A DNA stretch of 63,477 nt, counting the filler, from Reticulomyxa filosa (Eukaryota; Protista; Foraminifera), in assembly GCA_000512085.1 (NCBI GenBank). It is 17 parts of 17 records of this genome, joined end to end, with 100 filler letters (N's around TTAATTAATTAA, not from the genome) between each part and the next. Parts side by side here need not be neighbours in the genome. Positions count along the whole stretch, not along the records: positions 36,854 to 39,602 come from ASPP01029374.1; positions 39,703 to 49,338 come from ASPP01008082.1; positions 49,439 to 62,237 come from ASPP01001715.1; 14 more parts are not named here. One strand, written 5' to 3'. Shown here piece by piece: positions 38,633-50,212 of the stretch. The notes under the pieces are model-generated. The model made no database searches, was not told the origin of the DNA, and saw only the letters and a list, made by a program, of their open reading frames with translations. The position numbers were made by a program, and so were the translations under genes. Each line of letters starts with the position of its first letter. Within the stretch, counting starts at the first letter, position 1.

Positions 38633-39117
38633 CTTTACTTCATATATCACTTTCTCTCTTCCGCTATTGCAACTCTTCTCTCTTGCTATTTGTGTTGGTT
38701 AATTCCAAAAAAAAAAAAAATGTGTGCTTTGTTGAGTTTGGTTGGAATAATTTCCATATTTTATTTATTTTTTGTTTTGTTTTTCTTTTTTGACATTATT
38801 TATTAAGGATGTGCAAAGTTTTTTTGTCATTTAAAGGGCATTGACGGCATTGGATTTTCCTTTTTTTTTGTGTGTTTTTTTCCTATGTGTTAAAAAAAAA
38901 AGTGCAAGGTTCATCAATATTCAACATTGAATTTTCCTCAAACGAAACAGACTGGCTGTAAATGTGTTAAACTTGATTATGATTATAGCAATTCTGTCGT
39001 CGAAACAGATGCAAGGAGGCAATCGCTGTCCTCCAAAACAGTTTTTTGCGAATTAAAAAAAACATCGGTAAAACTTCTATCAATTGCTTTTTTATCAATG
39101 CAAAAAAAAAAAAAAAG

Positions 39118-39589
39118 GTTGAATAAAGCGTTAATGTATGGAGACCACAGTGTGGTCAAACGGGCTGCAGTGGAAAGCAAAACAGCAGCGAGAAATGCAG
39201 AGAACAACGACGATGGAAGTAAAGTGTTGAGTGTGGGATTAAATCCATTGGACCCGTATGTGCTGTTTTGGAACAACAGCAAATCAGGAGAGTCAGTTGT
39301 GAAGGTAGTTCAAGATATCATCTTAATGAGCATTTCCAAGAACGTGAGCGTCACTCACTTTGGATTTGGAGAGTTTGCCATTTTATCTCCCATCGAAGAC
39401 GAACAAGAGTTGCGAAAACTTACCAAACGAGTCTCGTCCAATGTAAGCACAGAAAAACTCGGCCCCGTCACTCTGTGCGCTGGCATCTCTCTTTATGAAG
39501 CACCGCTGTCCGTCAGTCAATGGATCAATCGCTGTCGACAAGCATGTCGTCTGGCCAAACTGAATGGAAGGGGTCGAATTGCAAACTAG
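39118..39589 (+). CDS. Degenerate GGDEF (diguanylate cyclase-fold) domain
   Basis: SGESVVKVVQDII resembles AGDEVLRQVA. HFGFGEFAIL resembles RFGGDEFAIL. VTLCAGIS resembles VTVSIGVA. INRCRQACRLAKLNGRGRI resembles L.RAD.ALY.AK..GRNRV. Preceded by an A-run/AG acceptor. Confidence 0.7.
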
Positions 39590-39769
39590 TTGAATATTCC
39601 ATNNNNNNNNNNNNNNNNNNNNNNNNNNNNNNNNNNNNNNNNNNNNTTAATTAATTAANNNNNNNNNNNNNNNNNNNNNNNNNNNNNNNNNNNNNNNNNN
39701 NNTGTGTGTGTGTGTGTGTGTAGTAGTTACCGCTCCGTTATACGTTATTGTTAAAGTCCAACAAACACA

Positions 39770-40079
39770 CTAACCTTCTGCTCTTTGCTTCTTTGTTTGG
39801 GTGGCGTACTTGAGCACGTCCCCCATGTAAGGCTCGAAGGTCTTTTTCATTTCCGAATGCGTGTGTCGCAACACTTTGCAAAGCACGTCATAGCGCGCGT
39901 TGTAAAAGTGCTTGTACGGCACACACAGATGCAATAGCAGATAATTCAACAAATCAATCGCAATGCCGTCTGGCCAGTGGCGAATCACTCCGACAATTAT
40001 GTCTTGGATGTGGAGCAACACTTGCTGTTCCTGAGTGTAAGACGATAGCCCCAACGTCTGGCGAACTAGGTCTATCAGC

Positions 40080-40122
<43 letters not shown>

Positions 40123-40811
40123 GTCATTGCTATTGTAAGTGTTTTTGGTTGTCAAAAATATCACAACTTTAAAAAATAAAGATTTGAAATGATAAAGCAA
40201 AAAATACAAACAACAATTTATCTCAAAAAAATAAAAAAAATAAAAATTGATTGGGTGAGAAAAATTTGATTGGGTGGCGGCTTTTTTTGTTTCTCTTCTT
40301 AGCTCTCTATTCACACATGAACGTCTGCTTCAAAAGTAGAAAACCTAACTAAAGGTATTCCATTTTTGCATTCAAAGAGCTGAACGAACGGTACAGATAT
40401 TGCCAGCCCTTCCAATATTCGAAAGTACAGTGGGTATTTGTCGGTGTCGTTGTGTTTCTTAAATCCAGAGAGTTGTTGAAAGATCAATGAAAACATCTTG
40501 CATTGGACATCCTCATCACCACAAGGACTCAATGGCGCAAACACACGACACAAGTCCACATAACAACATCCCAACAATAGTCGAATATCATCGTTTCGAT
40601 TATTCAACAGTGCATCTGTAAACAAAGACGGGATTAAATGAACGTTCAGTTGAGATTGGGTGTCTTCATTGGTGTCCATGCGGGCTGTTACTGCAACAAG
40701 TTTTTCCAGGCGGAGTTTTAACACGCCCGGTCTGATAGATGTACTAATGAAACCCTTAGCAGCCACTTCATCAACATCAGCTTCAATTGTACTATACTGT
40801 GACTCGCTCAT
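39770..40811 (-). CDS. PDS5: Sister chromatid cohesion protein PDS5, N-terminal part
   Basis: LLNNRNDDIRLLLGCCYVDLCRVFAPLSP resembles LL.H...DVRLLVACCLADI.RIYAPEAP; also IFQQLSG and YFRILEGLA. Second exon near 39770-40085. Confidence 0.8.
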
Positions 40812-41264
40812 TTTGTAATTTTAGTGAACTTTACCTATAGATTCCTCAAAGTTTTCACTTGTAACTTTCCATCTTATCTACTCGAAAAATTACTCATATT
40901 TTTTTATTTGAAGAAAAAAGATTTTTAAACTTTGGACACATGCCTAAAATATTGCATTAGAAATGAAGGCATTTTTATGTGATGTTAAACTAGAATTAAA
41001 AATGCTCTTCATTAATTTAATCCTTTTGAAATATTTTAATTTTTACGTTGAACGTGTTTATGTGAAAGTTTGGATTAAAGAAATAGTTTAAGGCAGGTAT
41101 TCTAATAAGGATATAAAATTAAAACCAAACAGTGCCATGGTGTAAATCAGGACAAACGAAACAAATAAAAACAAACAAAAATTCAAAAAAAATTAAAAAA
41201 TAAAAAGGAGGTGATACTTGAGCAAGACAAAATTGGTGTCTTGCTTTGAACAAACTCACAAAAA

Positions 41265-42206
41265 TCAAGCATCTTCCTCTTTGGAGTCATAACCTTCAAA
41301 CTTTTGCACTTCTGTCTTCAATTGAGTATTTTCTTCTTCCAATCCTTGCATTTTGTCGCGCAGTTGCTCATTTTCCGTTCTGACTTTTGCCAAATCGAGT
41401 TGTAATTTGTTGATTTCCCCCTCTAATTCTTGGAGACGAGTATCATTTCCTCCTGGTTTTGACAAAAAAAAAACAAGTTAATTTGGCAACTCAAATTTAA
41501 CTGATGCTTCCATTTTTTTAAAAAAAAAAAAAAAAAAAGAGAAATGTAAAAACCTTTTGCAGAGGACAGCTTTTCCTTGAATGAGTTATTTTCCTCTTGC
41601 AACTGCGAATTTTCATCACGTAAGCGATTTTTTTCGTTGATTTGTTGAGATAAGCGTTCTTTTAAATTTTGGTTCTCGTTTTGGATATTTCCACGGTCAT
41701 TCGCTTTTAATGTTATTTTTTTGGTTTTGTTTTGTTTACGCAAACAACAATAAAATTTGTGCAAAAAAAAAAAAAATTAAAAATTCTCTCCCCCTTTTTT
41801 TTTTTTTTGGTTAAAAAAAAAAAATCCAACCAAACATTGTTTTTTCAATTGAGATGTAACATCAGCCAATTGTTGTTTCGCTATTTCCAACTCTTTGAGA
41901 ATTGAGTCCTGTTCACTTTGCGTTTGATTGATTTCTTGTGTTAAAGACGCAGACAAAGCCGACAGCTGTTGATCTTCTTGCGTTTTACTACCGAGCTGAG
42001 TTTCCAAGTACTCAATATTCTTTTTGTTCGTTTCATTACTGCTTTGCAGTTCTTTCTTTTGTGCTTCAAGCTGATTCTGTTGGCTTTGCAGTTGTGTCAA
42101 CTCCTCACGCAATGATTGTCCCACCGTTTTCAATTCATTTATCTATAATTTTTTTTTTTTTTTTTTTTATATCCAACTGTGTTTCAACTTTTTTTAATAT
42201 ACGTAC

Positions 42207-42238
<32 letters not shown>

Positions 42239-42599
42239 CACATGGTATATGTATAAAATATGACGAAACAGTAGCTTGTAATTGGTCTTTTTCGCGTTGG
42301 AATTGAGATTGTTGAGTAGCTTGAGCTTGCAATTGCTCTTGAAGCTGTGCCAGATTGGCTTGTGCTTTTTGTAGACGTTGATTCAGTTGATCTTTTTCAT
42401 GCTCGAGTGCATCCGCGCCTTTGTTTAAGTCGTTCTCACTCGCCGTCATGCCGTTTATGCTTTCGTTCAATTGGTGTCTTTCCTTTTCCAACTCTGCCAC
42501 CTTGGTTCAAAACACAACATTGCATATTGCGCTTCATTCTAAAAAATTATGATAGCAGCAACAGTTGAATGTGCTGGACATATTGCACAAAACACAACA

Positions 42600-42650
<51 letters not shown>

Positions 42651-43775
42651 TAATCGCAACTTTATCTTTCGACGTCCCATTTTCCTCTTCCAATTTCGCA
42701 ATCTTTTCGTTCAATTGTTGTTCCTGGTTTAATGTATTCATTATATTGTGGATTATTTTAAATAGGACTCATACAATATAAGGGACAGAGTGTCCATAAA
42801 AAAAAAAAAGCAAAAACATTAAGTCCATCATTTGTGAAACATATGCATATGTCAGAGAAGGGGAGAGAAGGAGGGGAGAAGGGGGGGGAGGAGGGAGAGA
42901 GAACAAAAAGAAACGCAATGAACCTCAGTTTCCACTTGTTGAAACCTTGCTTTCTTTTCATTGAGTTGGTTATTCAGATCTTGAGAATCGCTATGCAATT
43001 TACCAAGGGTTTCGTTCAAGACAGCATACTGTTGCTTGAGCTCCGTCAAGCGTGTTTCCATGGCAAAGGGAAGCAATACTTCACACGTAATGGACACATC
43101 GATAGTCCCGTTGCATGGTTCGCCATCTTTGTTTTGCAATGCCAGGGTACGAGATACCTCCTTTCTTCTTTTCGATTCCTCGATCACGTCGGTTTTATTT
43201 TGTTTTTGCTGCTCTTCAATTGCACTATAAATTTCTTGAAAATTCTCGGAACATTCGAATGTACTTGTACCCAATAAGTCATCTTTTGTAAATGTATCCT
43301 TATTTATTGTGTTATTTTGTTTGTTTTTTTATTATTTTATTATTTTCTCACTTCCTTTCCCTCCTTCCCTCCTTCCCTCCTTCTCTCGCTCAAACTTGCT
43401 TTTTTGTTTGCATTGTTTCATTTCTTACCTTATCTTGGACTCTGAATTCCACTCGCTGTGGTGGATTCACAAAACAAAAGGTTTTCGATTCATTCCATTG
43501 CGGATTGATATTCCTTTCTACTACGTCTGTCTTCCATTCGTCATCAAATATTTTTGTTACAACAAAAGGATCGCTGGTGCCACCCTTTTTTTGTTTATTT
43601 GTTTGTTCATTTTTAGGTTTGTGTTTGTTCTTAGTTGGCTTTCTATCCTTTCTTCTTTTCAACGCTTTCGTACCAGATCACCAACAGGCAGATTTGCTCC
43701 TTTGATCAAATGGACTGTCAAAAGATACAATTGCACAAAATCGTCCGCTTTGTGGGTGTGCTCTTGTTGCGCCAT
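41265..43775 (-). CDS. C2-domain plus long coiled-coil protein (multi-exon)
   Basis: ATG at 43775. LTVHLIKGANLPVGDL|GGTSDPFVV...KTDVVERNINPQWNE...VEFRVQDK is a C2 domain, followed by several Q/E/L-rich coiled-coil exons to the TGA at 41265. Confidence 0.82.
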
Positions 43776-44776
43776 GAGAATTAGACTGGGTGAAAAAAAT
43801 ACTCTGTTTTCCTTGTGTACTACTTTGTTGAAAAAACTCTCTACATTAGATTGCTTCTTTTTGTGCTTTGATACTTTATTACGCTTCTTATGATCATTTT
43901 TAAATATTCAAGTAATAAATATGTCTATATGCTGCTCGCTTTTCAACTTAATCATGGAAGAAAACAAAACTAACATTAAGGCATTGTTATTGATTATTTT
44001 GTTGAGTGCAAATGTGGACATGTGTTATGTTAATTAAATTTTGTGATATGTTTTTCTTTTTTTCATAATTATAATTTTTATTTATATAATCATTGTATAA
44101 TTTTTGTATTTCTTTGACAGCTATTTATTATATGAGTGATATTTATTTTTTGCCATGTCTATTGTTATCAAATTAATATAATTTTTTATTAAAAAAAGAA
44201 ATTTATAAACGCTTGACCACTGCAAGTCAGGATTCAATTGAAAAAGCGAGTGATGGCCCATTAAAAAATTTCTCAGATAGACGACAAATGAATTTGCATA
44301 CATTCTGATACAAACTGATGTGAATTTTGGTAAAAACCGAATTACAAAAGAACGTAATAAAATTGAAGATTTACAATAAACAAACTTTGGTACACAAGTA
44401 ACATAATATAACAATGTTTGTCAAACTTATCCAAACCAAACAAAAAACAACAATGTCAAAAATTATTCGAATTACTTCAATAAACAGGATATTGCAATAA
44501 CGTCAAGTTCACAAAATAACAAACTTATAGCATCTTTAGTTATTCAAACATTAAATAATTTTTTTTATTGTTCGATAAAAATTAAGCTTTCACTTGTAGA
44601 AATTTTAATCTACAATACGAAACGCTAATTTGCAGTATCATTTCAAATTCTCAAATTGTGACACTACTTTTGTAAATCTGACAAACAGAAAACACAACAC
44701 AACGTGAAAATTGAACTCCCAAGGGCTTGTAGTTTTTTTTTTATTTTAAAAATTTTTTTAGCAATTTGAACATATT

Positions 44777-45337
44777 ATGGCTGAAAATCCTTCAAAACGT
44801 GGTGGTATAGGCAGCAGTAAACGTAAAGGCCGAAAACAGACCAAATCAGAGCGAGCTGGCTTGGCCTTGCCGGTTTCGAGGATTGCTAGATATATGAAAC
44901 AAGGCAACTACGCCAAAATCATAGGAAGTTCTGGGAGCGTGTATTTAACAGCGGTCTTAGAATATTGTTAAGTAAAAAAAAAAACTTAACTGGCTCATAA
45001 AAACGGACTTATAAAAAAAAAGGTGTTGCAGAATTGTTGGAATTGGCTGGAAATGCATGTTTAGTGAGATTTTGTTTTTCGTGCAAAAAAAAAAAAAATA
45101 AATAAATAACTGAATGATGTTCCAGGCAAAGACCAGGAACGAAAAATTATATCCCCGCGCCATATAATGTTGGCTATAAGGAATGACGACGAATTGAATT
45201 CATTATTAGGAAAAGTGCACATTGCATGTGGTGGTGTTGTCCCACATGTCCACAAAGCCTTGTTCAAAAAACAAAAAAAGAAAGAAAAAAAAGGTGAAAC
45301 ACCAAGTGGTGAGTCTAAAGAAAGTCAAGGATTTTAA
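44777..45337 (+). CDS. Histone H2A variant with C-terminal SQGF (H2A.X-like); introns 44967-45022 and 45059-45125
   Basis: [16 protein letters not shown]...[10 protein letters not shown]|[12 protein letters not shown]|[24 protein letters not shown]...[11 protein letters not shown]...ESKESQGF*. Both introns are GT-AG and preserve the frame. Confidence 0.93.
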
Positions 45338-46899
45338 AAGTATTGTTTAATTTTTTTTTGTGATCTGTGTTTCAAAAGGGTTCATCTTAATAAATCAAAA
45401 GCGTTTTGACTGAAATCATTAAAAATCGCATTTCTCATTTCGAATATTGACAACAAAGAAAACAAAATTATTAATGAAGATTTTTTTTACAATTTTTTTA
45501 TTATTCACTTTCTATCCAAAGCTCGTCAATCATGTTTTATTATTTTCAAATTAAAATGTAAAACTCTTAAAGTGATTTTTTAATTTTTGTATACGTTGAA
45601 TCTGTATATTATTCTTTTTCTGTTTGCTTACATTAGCGTCATTGGTTTTTCATCTTTCGAAATCTGGATATTTCATTTGATTTTTTAAAATTTTTGGAAA
45701 AGTTGACAGCAGTGTTCTTTTCGTATTCATAAAATTTAACTTTTTTTCAAAATTTTCAAAATAATAAATATTTTTTGTGTTATTAGTTGTAATTAGAAGC
45801 TAAAATGTTACACAAATACCCGTTCATATGCTTTTGAACAAAATTTCATTTAGTAATTGAAAAATTGATTTACATTTTCGTAATTCTTCAAATTTCAATT
45901 TATATGTAATTACACAAACGATGTTCCCCATTCATTTTCTGGCTATCTCTACAAATGTTACACTTTGTTCGTATCATTTTCATATCTATTTATTGTTCTT
46001 TTTTTTGTCTAATTTTATTGTAATGATCATGTTTTTATCTTTTCAATTACTTAAGCTTATTTTATTTACAGTCTACAGCAAAAAAAAATCACATTAAAAT
46101 AAGCAAATATCAACATTCATATGTATTCATGAAAAATAAATATTTATCAAAATCTCTTTTAAAATAATACATACCAATACTGGAGAATTCAGAAATGTAT
46201 TTGTATTTTAATAAAAGTAAAAACCATGAAAAACCTTTAATGTTTTTTTCATTCTTTGAAATTCTTTCAAAAATATTAATTCTTTTTTTGTCTTTTTTTT
46301 GGAAGTTTGTTGCGAATATCATAAAATCAGGATTATAATAATACGAAAAACAACTAATATTGAATATGTTAATGCTCAACAAAATCATGTCGATTTGATT
46401 ATGCTAATGACTAAGAAGATTATTTAAAGATAAATTATCATCAAATGATAATATACGCCTGATGATCACAAAGTAAGATTATGAAAGTATGTAAATCAAG
46501 ACATTCCGTAAATTAGCACTGCAAAAAATATTGCAATGTATAATTTAGCATAACAAATATAATGTTGAACTATTTAGAAATGTTTTATTTTCTGATTAAT
46601 AGGCTATTTTGCTTAGATTTAGTTGGAAAAAAATTGTATGTAAGTATATATGTTAAAGATATAACACAAAAAATATTACATTTATATTCAAATACAAAAA
46701 TAATGATATTAATAAAAATTTCACCTGATACAATATGTGTTCCTTAAATTTAGGTTACTTTCGATTTGCAAAAAGAATTTATTGTGTTAAAAATATTATG
46801 CGAATATTCGGCGAGTTATACGTGGTACCACTGTTGATCACTTTGGAACCCCTCTTCGAAATCGATCCAAGAGGCGCATAAGCATATCGATGTTGTTAC

Positions 46900-47115
46900 G
46901 TCTATGATTCGTTTGTATTCGTATGGCAGTAATACTATGTACGCATTTGTAAGCAATAAGGCAAATAAATTGTGATTGGAGGAAAACGTTTATTGTGGGT
47001 TTCATAGAATCACCTACTTCCAACAGAAACATATGCAAATCGCACAATTGCATTGCGGGTACAATCACACCATTGTGACTAATGATCAATCCAATATGTA
47101 TGCTTATATCAACAA
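46900..47115 (+). pseudogene. RCC1/BLIP-II repeat fragment
   Basis: LYSYGSN followed by ITYFQQKHMQIAQLHCGYNHTIVTNDQSNMYAY, matching the I.QI.CG.NHT...LY RCC1 motif. Flanked by stops. Confidence 0.5.
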
Positions 47116-48138
47116 CAGTCCATCCTTTTCTGCATTGCCCACGTTGACTTTCAATATACACACTTTTTTGACGTAACAACTAAGAGGAGCTTTGCACATC
47201 GTCTTTTTCTTCTTTCTTACTTATAAATTAGTGTAATTTTTTGAGTTTCTATCGGATACAATATGTCATGTGGAGGTTTAGATAAACTTTGAATAGTCAT
47301 TTTTTTTTTTTGACATTAATGATTTTGTCTTTGTTAAAGAATGAATTCAATGTTAGTGTATATTTGTATTTATTGTCGAATATGATACAACATGTATTCA
47401 TATATTAGTCATCATCTTTCAAAAGTAAAATTGTAAATTTTTCGTGTTATAAATAAGAAATTGTCGCAATTTGTTTGACCAAAAAAATGTAACAAGTTCC
47501 CATTCGAAAAATAATTGAAAATTAAAAAAAAAGTTTGACGCATGAAAATTCATATAAGTTAAGGGAACAATGCAATAATGATGTTTTGTACTACCTCGAC
47601 AGTAGTAAAAAAAATTAGAATAATTACAATTTTGATTCTTACCTGCACCTGGACTGGCCTAAAACGGAGGTTAGAGTGACTTGTGCTAGCTTTGGACTGA
47701 CATATGTTGATGCTATTTTTTTTTCTATTAAATCATTTTAAAGAAAATTTTTTTTTTTTTTTGATAAAAAAAGTAGTTTTTTGCTTATATTTAAAAAAAT
47801 TTCTATGAACTATGTTTTTTCATTGGAAAATCGATTATCTCCACAAAGTGACTTTAAGGTGTCAACTTTTTAAAATTTTACTGTGCTAGAGGTATTAAAT
47901 AAAAATGTTGAGTTTTCATGGAGAAAATATATTGTCTTTTTAAAGTGCTAGTTTACATTGTTAAGTCTTTTATTATTCTATTGTATGCCCACATTTGTAA
48001 ATAAGTTTATAGCCACTGTTGAGTCATAAAAGTCTCAACAGTTAGTGAAGTAAAACGAATGTATTGTATCCCTCCACCGGAAATGAAGAGGAAAGGGGGC
48101 AAAAGGAGCGAAAACGACAAAAAGTTTGAATATGTGTA

Positions 48139-49315
48139 TCAATGTGTATATGAAAAATATTTATGGCTATGACGAGGTTTCCACAATTTCAAGTCTTCAA
48201 TTTCCTGCAAAGTCCACGAGGATGTGGAATTGGTAAACTTATCCAGATGATAGTAGAAATATTGTAATTTGCGCATAACTTGATTGATCGTGGGACGTTG
48301 AAGACTGTCATATTTCAACATACTAATCAGCAAAAGTTTGAAAAAGGGATGAACGGTAGCACATTGGCCGACCATTTTTTTCATGGACGTGTTCCAGCTC
48401 AGTGTCGTCGTATTGGGATATATCTGTGGCTTGTGCACTCGAAACAAGGAGCACAAGACAGTGGCAGTGCTGTAGACGTCAATGGACTGAGTCAAAGGTC
48501 GATTATCCCATTCTTCCGGACTTCTCCAATACGACTTTGGATTTGGGTTGACAGGACAATAACTGCAAGGAATAGCAAGTTGAAAGGACGAAAGAAAAGA
48601 AGAGTTGTCACTGACAAAATGGTACTTTTGAATTTTGCCCCGATTGAAGTCGTTTATCAATACATTCATTTCAGGGTCTATCATGAACTGTCTAGGTCCA
48701 ATGTCAGTATGATGGTATGGACCCCCTTTTTTTTTTTTTTTTTTTTGTTCGTTGAAAACTTTTCAAAGAAGATAAAGTAGTGAAGAAGAAAATATACAAA
48801 AAAAAAAAAAAAAAAAAAAAGTTAACCTCGAACATTATGCAATAGCTGAACCCCACTGACAATGTCTAAAGACATCCGAACCAACTGTTTGTAAGTGGTA
48901 CGTAAGTTAAGTCGTTGATCGATGAATTGTTGCAAGTTCATAGAATAAAAAGGCGAAACGGAGATCCACAAGGGATACAAACAACGACCCCATTCAGGGA
49001 CAAATCGAAACACCCTTGGCAGACCATGAGAATAGAACAGCGGTCCAAATTCGCTCAGCATTTCATTTTCCCATTGTTGCAACTGCTGCAGCAGTATGCT
49101 TTCACGAAAATGCCGTAGCCAATGCGAATTTCCAGTGGCCGGCTTGGTGACCTTCACGACTATCGTTATATTCTTATCCGTCACACCGCCACTCTGTTGT
49201 TTTCCGTTCAATACAAATGTTGCATTGTCTCCCATTGTTTGAAGCTTTGCCCATTCTTCTTCACTCCACAGCAGCTTTTGGGATATGTTATATTTGAATA
49301 CGTTTCGCACACGTC
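48139..49315 (-). CDS. Protein kinase of the PKDCC/VLK-like type (intron 48726-48826; 5' truncated)
   Basis: VVKV...RESILLQQL. The spliced catalytic loop reads GGPYHHTDIGPRQFMI; NDFNRG replaces DFG; then CSYC...WRSPEE and IDVYS. Confidence 0.8.
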
Positions 49316-49438
49316 CTTTTTTTTTTTTTTTTTTAAAANNNNNNNNNNNNNNNNNNNNNNNNNNNNNNNNNNNNNNNNNNNNTTAATTAATTAANNNNNN
49401 NNNNNNNNNNNNNNNNNNNNNNNNNNNNNNNNNNNNNN

Positions 49439-49489
49439 GATGATGAGGATGAAAAAAAGGAAGAAAAGAATAAGAAGAGCAAGGATAAC

Positions 49490-49547
<58 letters not shown>

Positions 49548-50180
49548 TTCGATGGCAAAAAATTCAACGTCTTTGCGACAAAGAAGTACACACAGAAAAA
49601 CAGGCGTTTCAACGCAAACTACGCGAAGAGATAGAAAAAAACGAACAAGTGTTTGAAGATCTCTGCAAATGGGACTACGACGGTATCTATCACAAATATC
49701 GCAGCAAGCAAAACTGGCGACAAGACGTTCCCGAAAACGGTGTGACCGCCATGGTGAACGAACACGAGCTATTGCTGGTGCAAATGAACAGCAGCGATGT
49801 ATCGTTTCATCCCAAACATATATACGACTTTGACGTGTATCTGAGCGACCTGTGCACGCGCGCGCACAAGCTAAACGACTCGTTTCAGAGTGAGATGAAG
49901 ACGATCTTTGCGTCGTGTCGGGGCTGTCATTTCTTTAGCGGGCCCGTGAAGACGTTGGAGCGATGCAAAATGAAGGCACAGCTGAGTTACAAGCGCGAGA
50001 CATACCCTAAGTCAGCGCATGTGATCGACATGTTGCGTAGCGAGGCGGAATTCGATTCGTTTGCGACGTTGAAAGAAGGAGTATTGTACTTTGTCAAGTG
50101 CATTGAGACGACAAAGAAGGGCAAGATGTTGGAGATTATGCGTGTGAAAAACGAGTTCCGAGAACAATATAACAAGCGTG

Positions 50181-50212
<32 letters not shown>

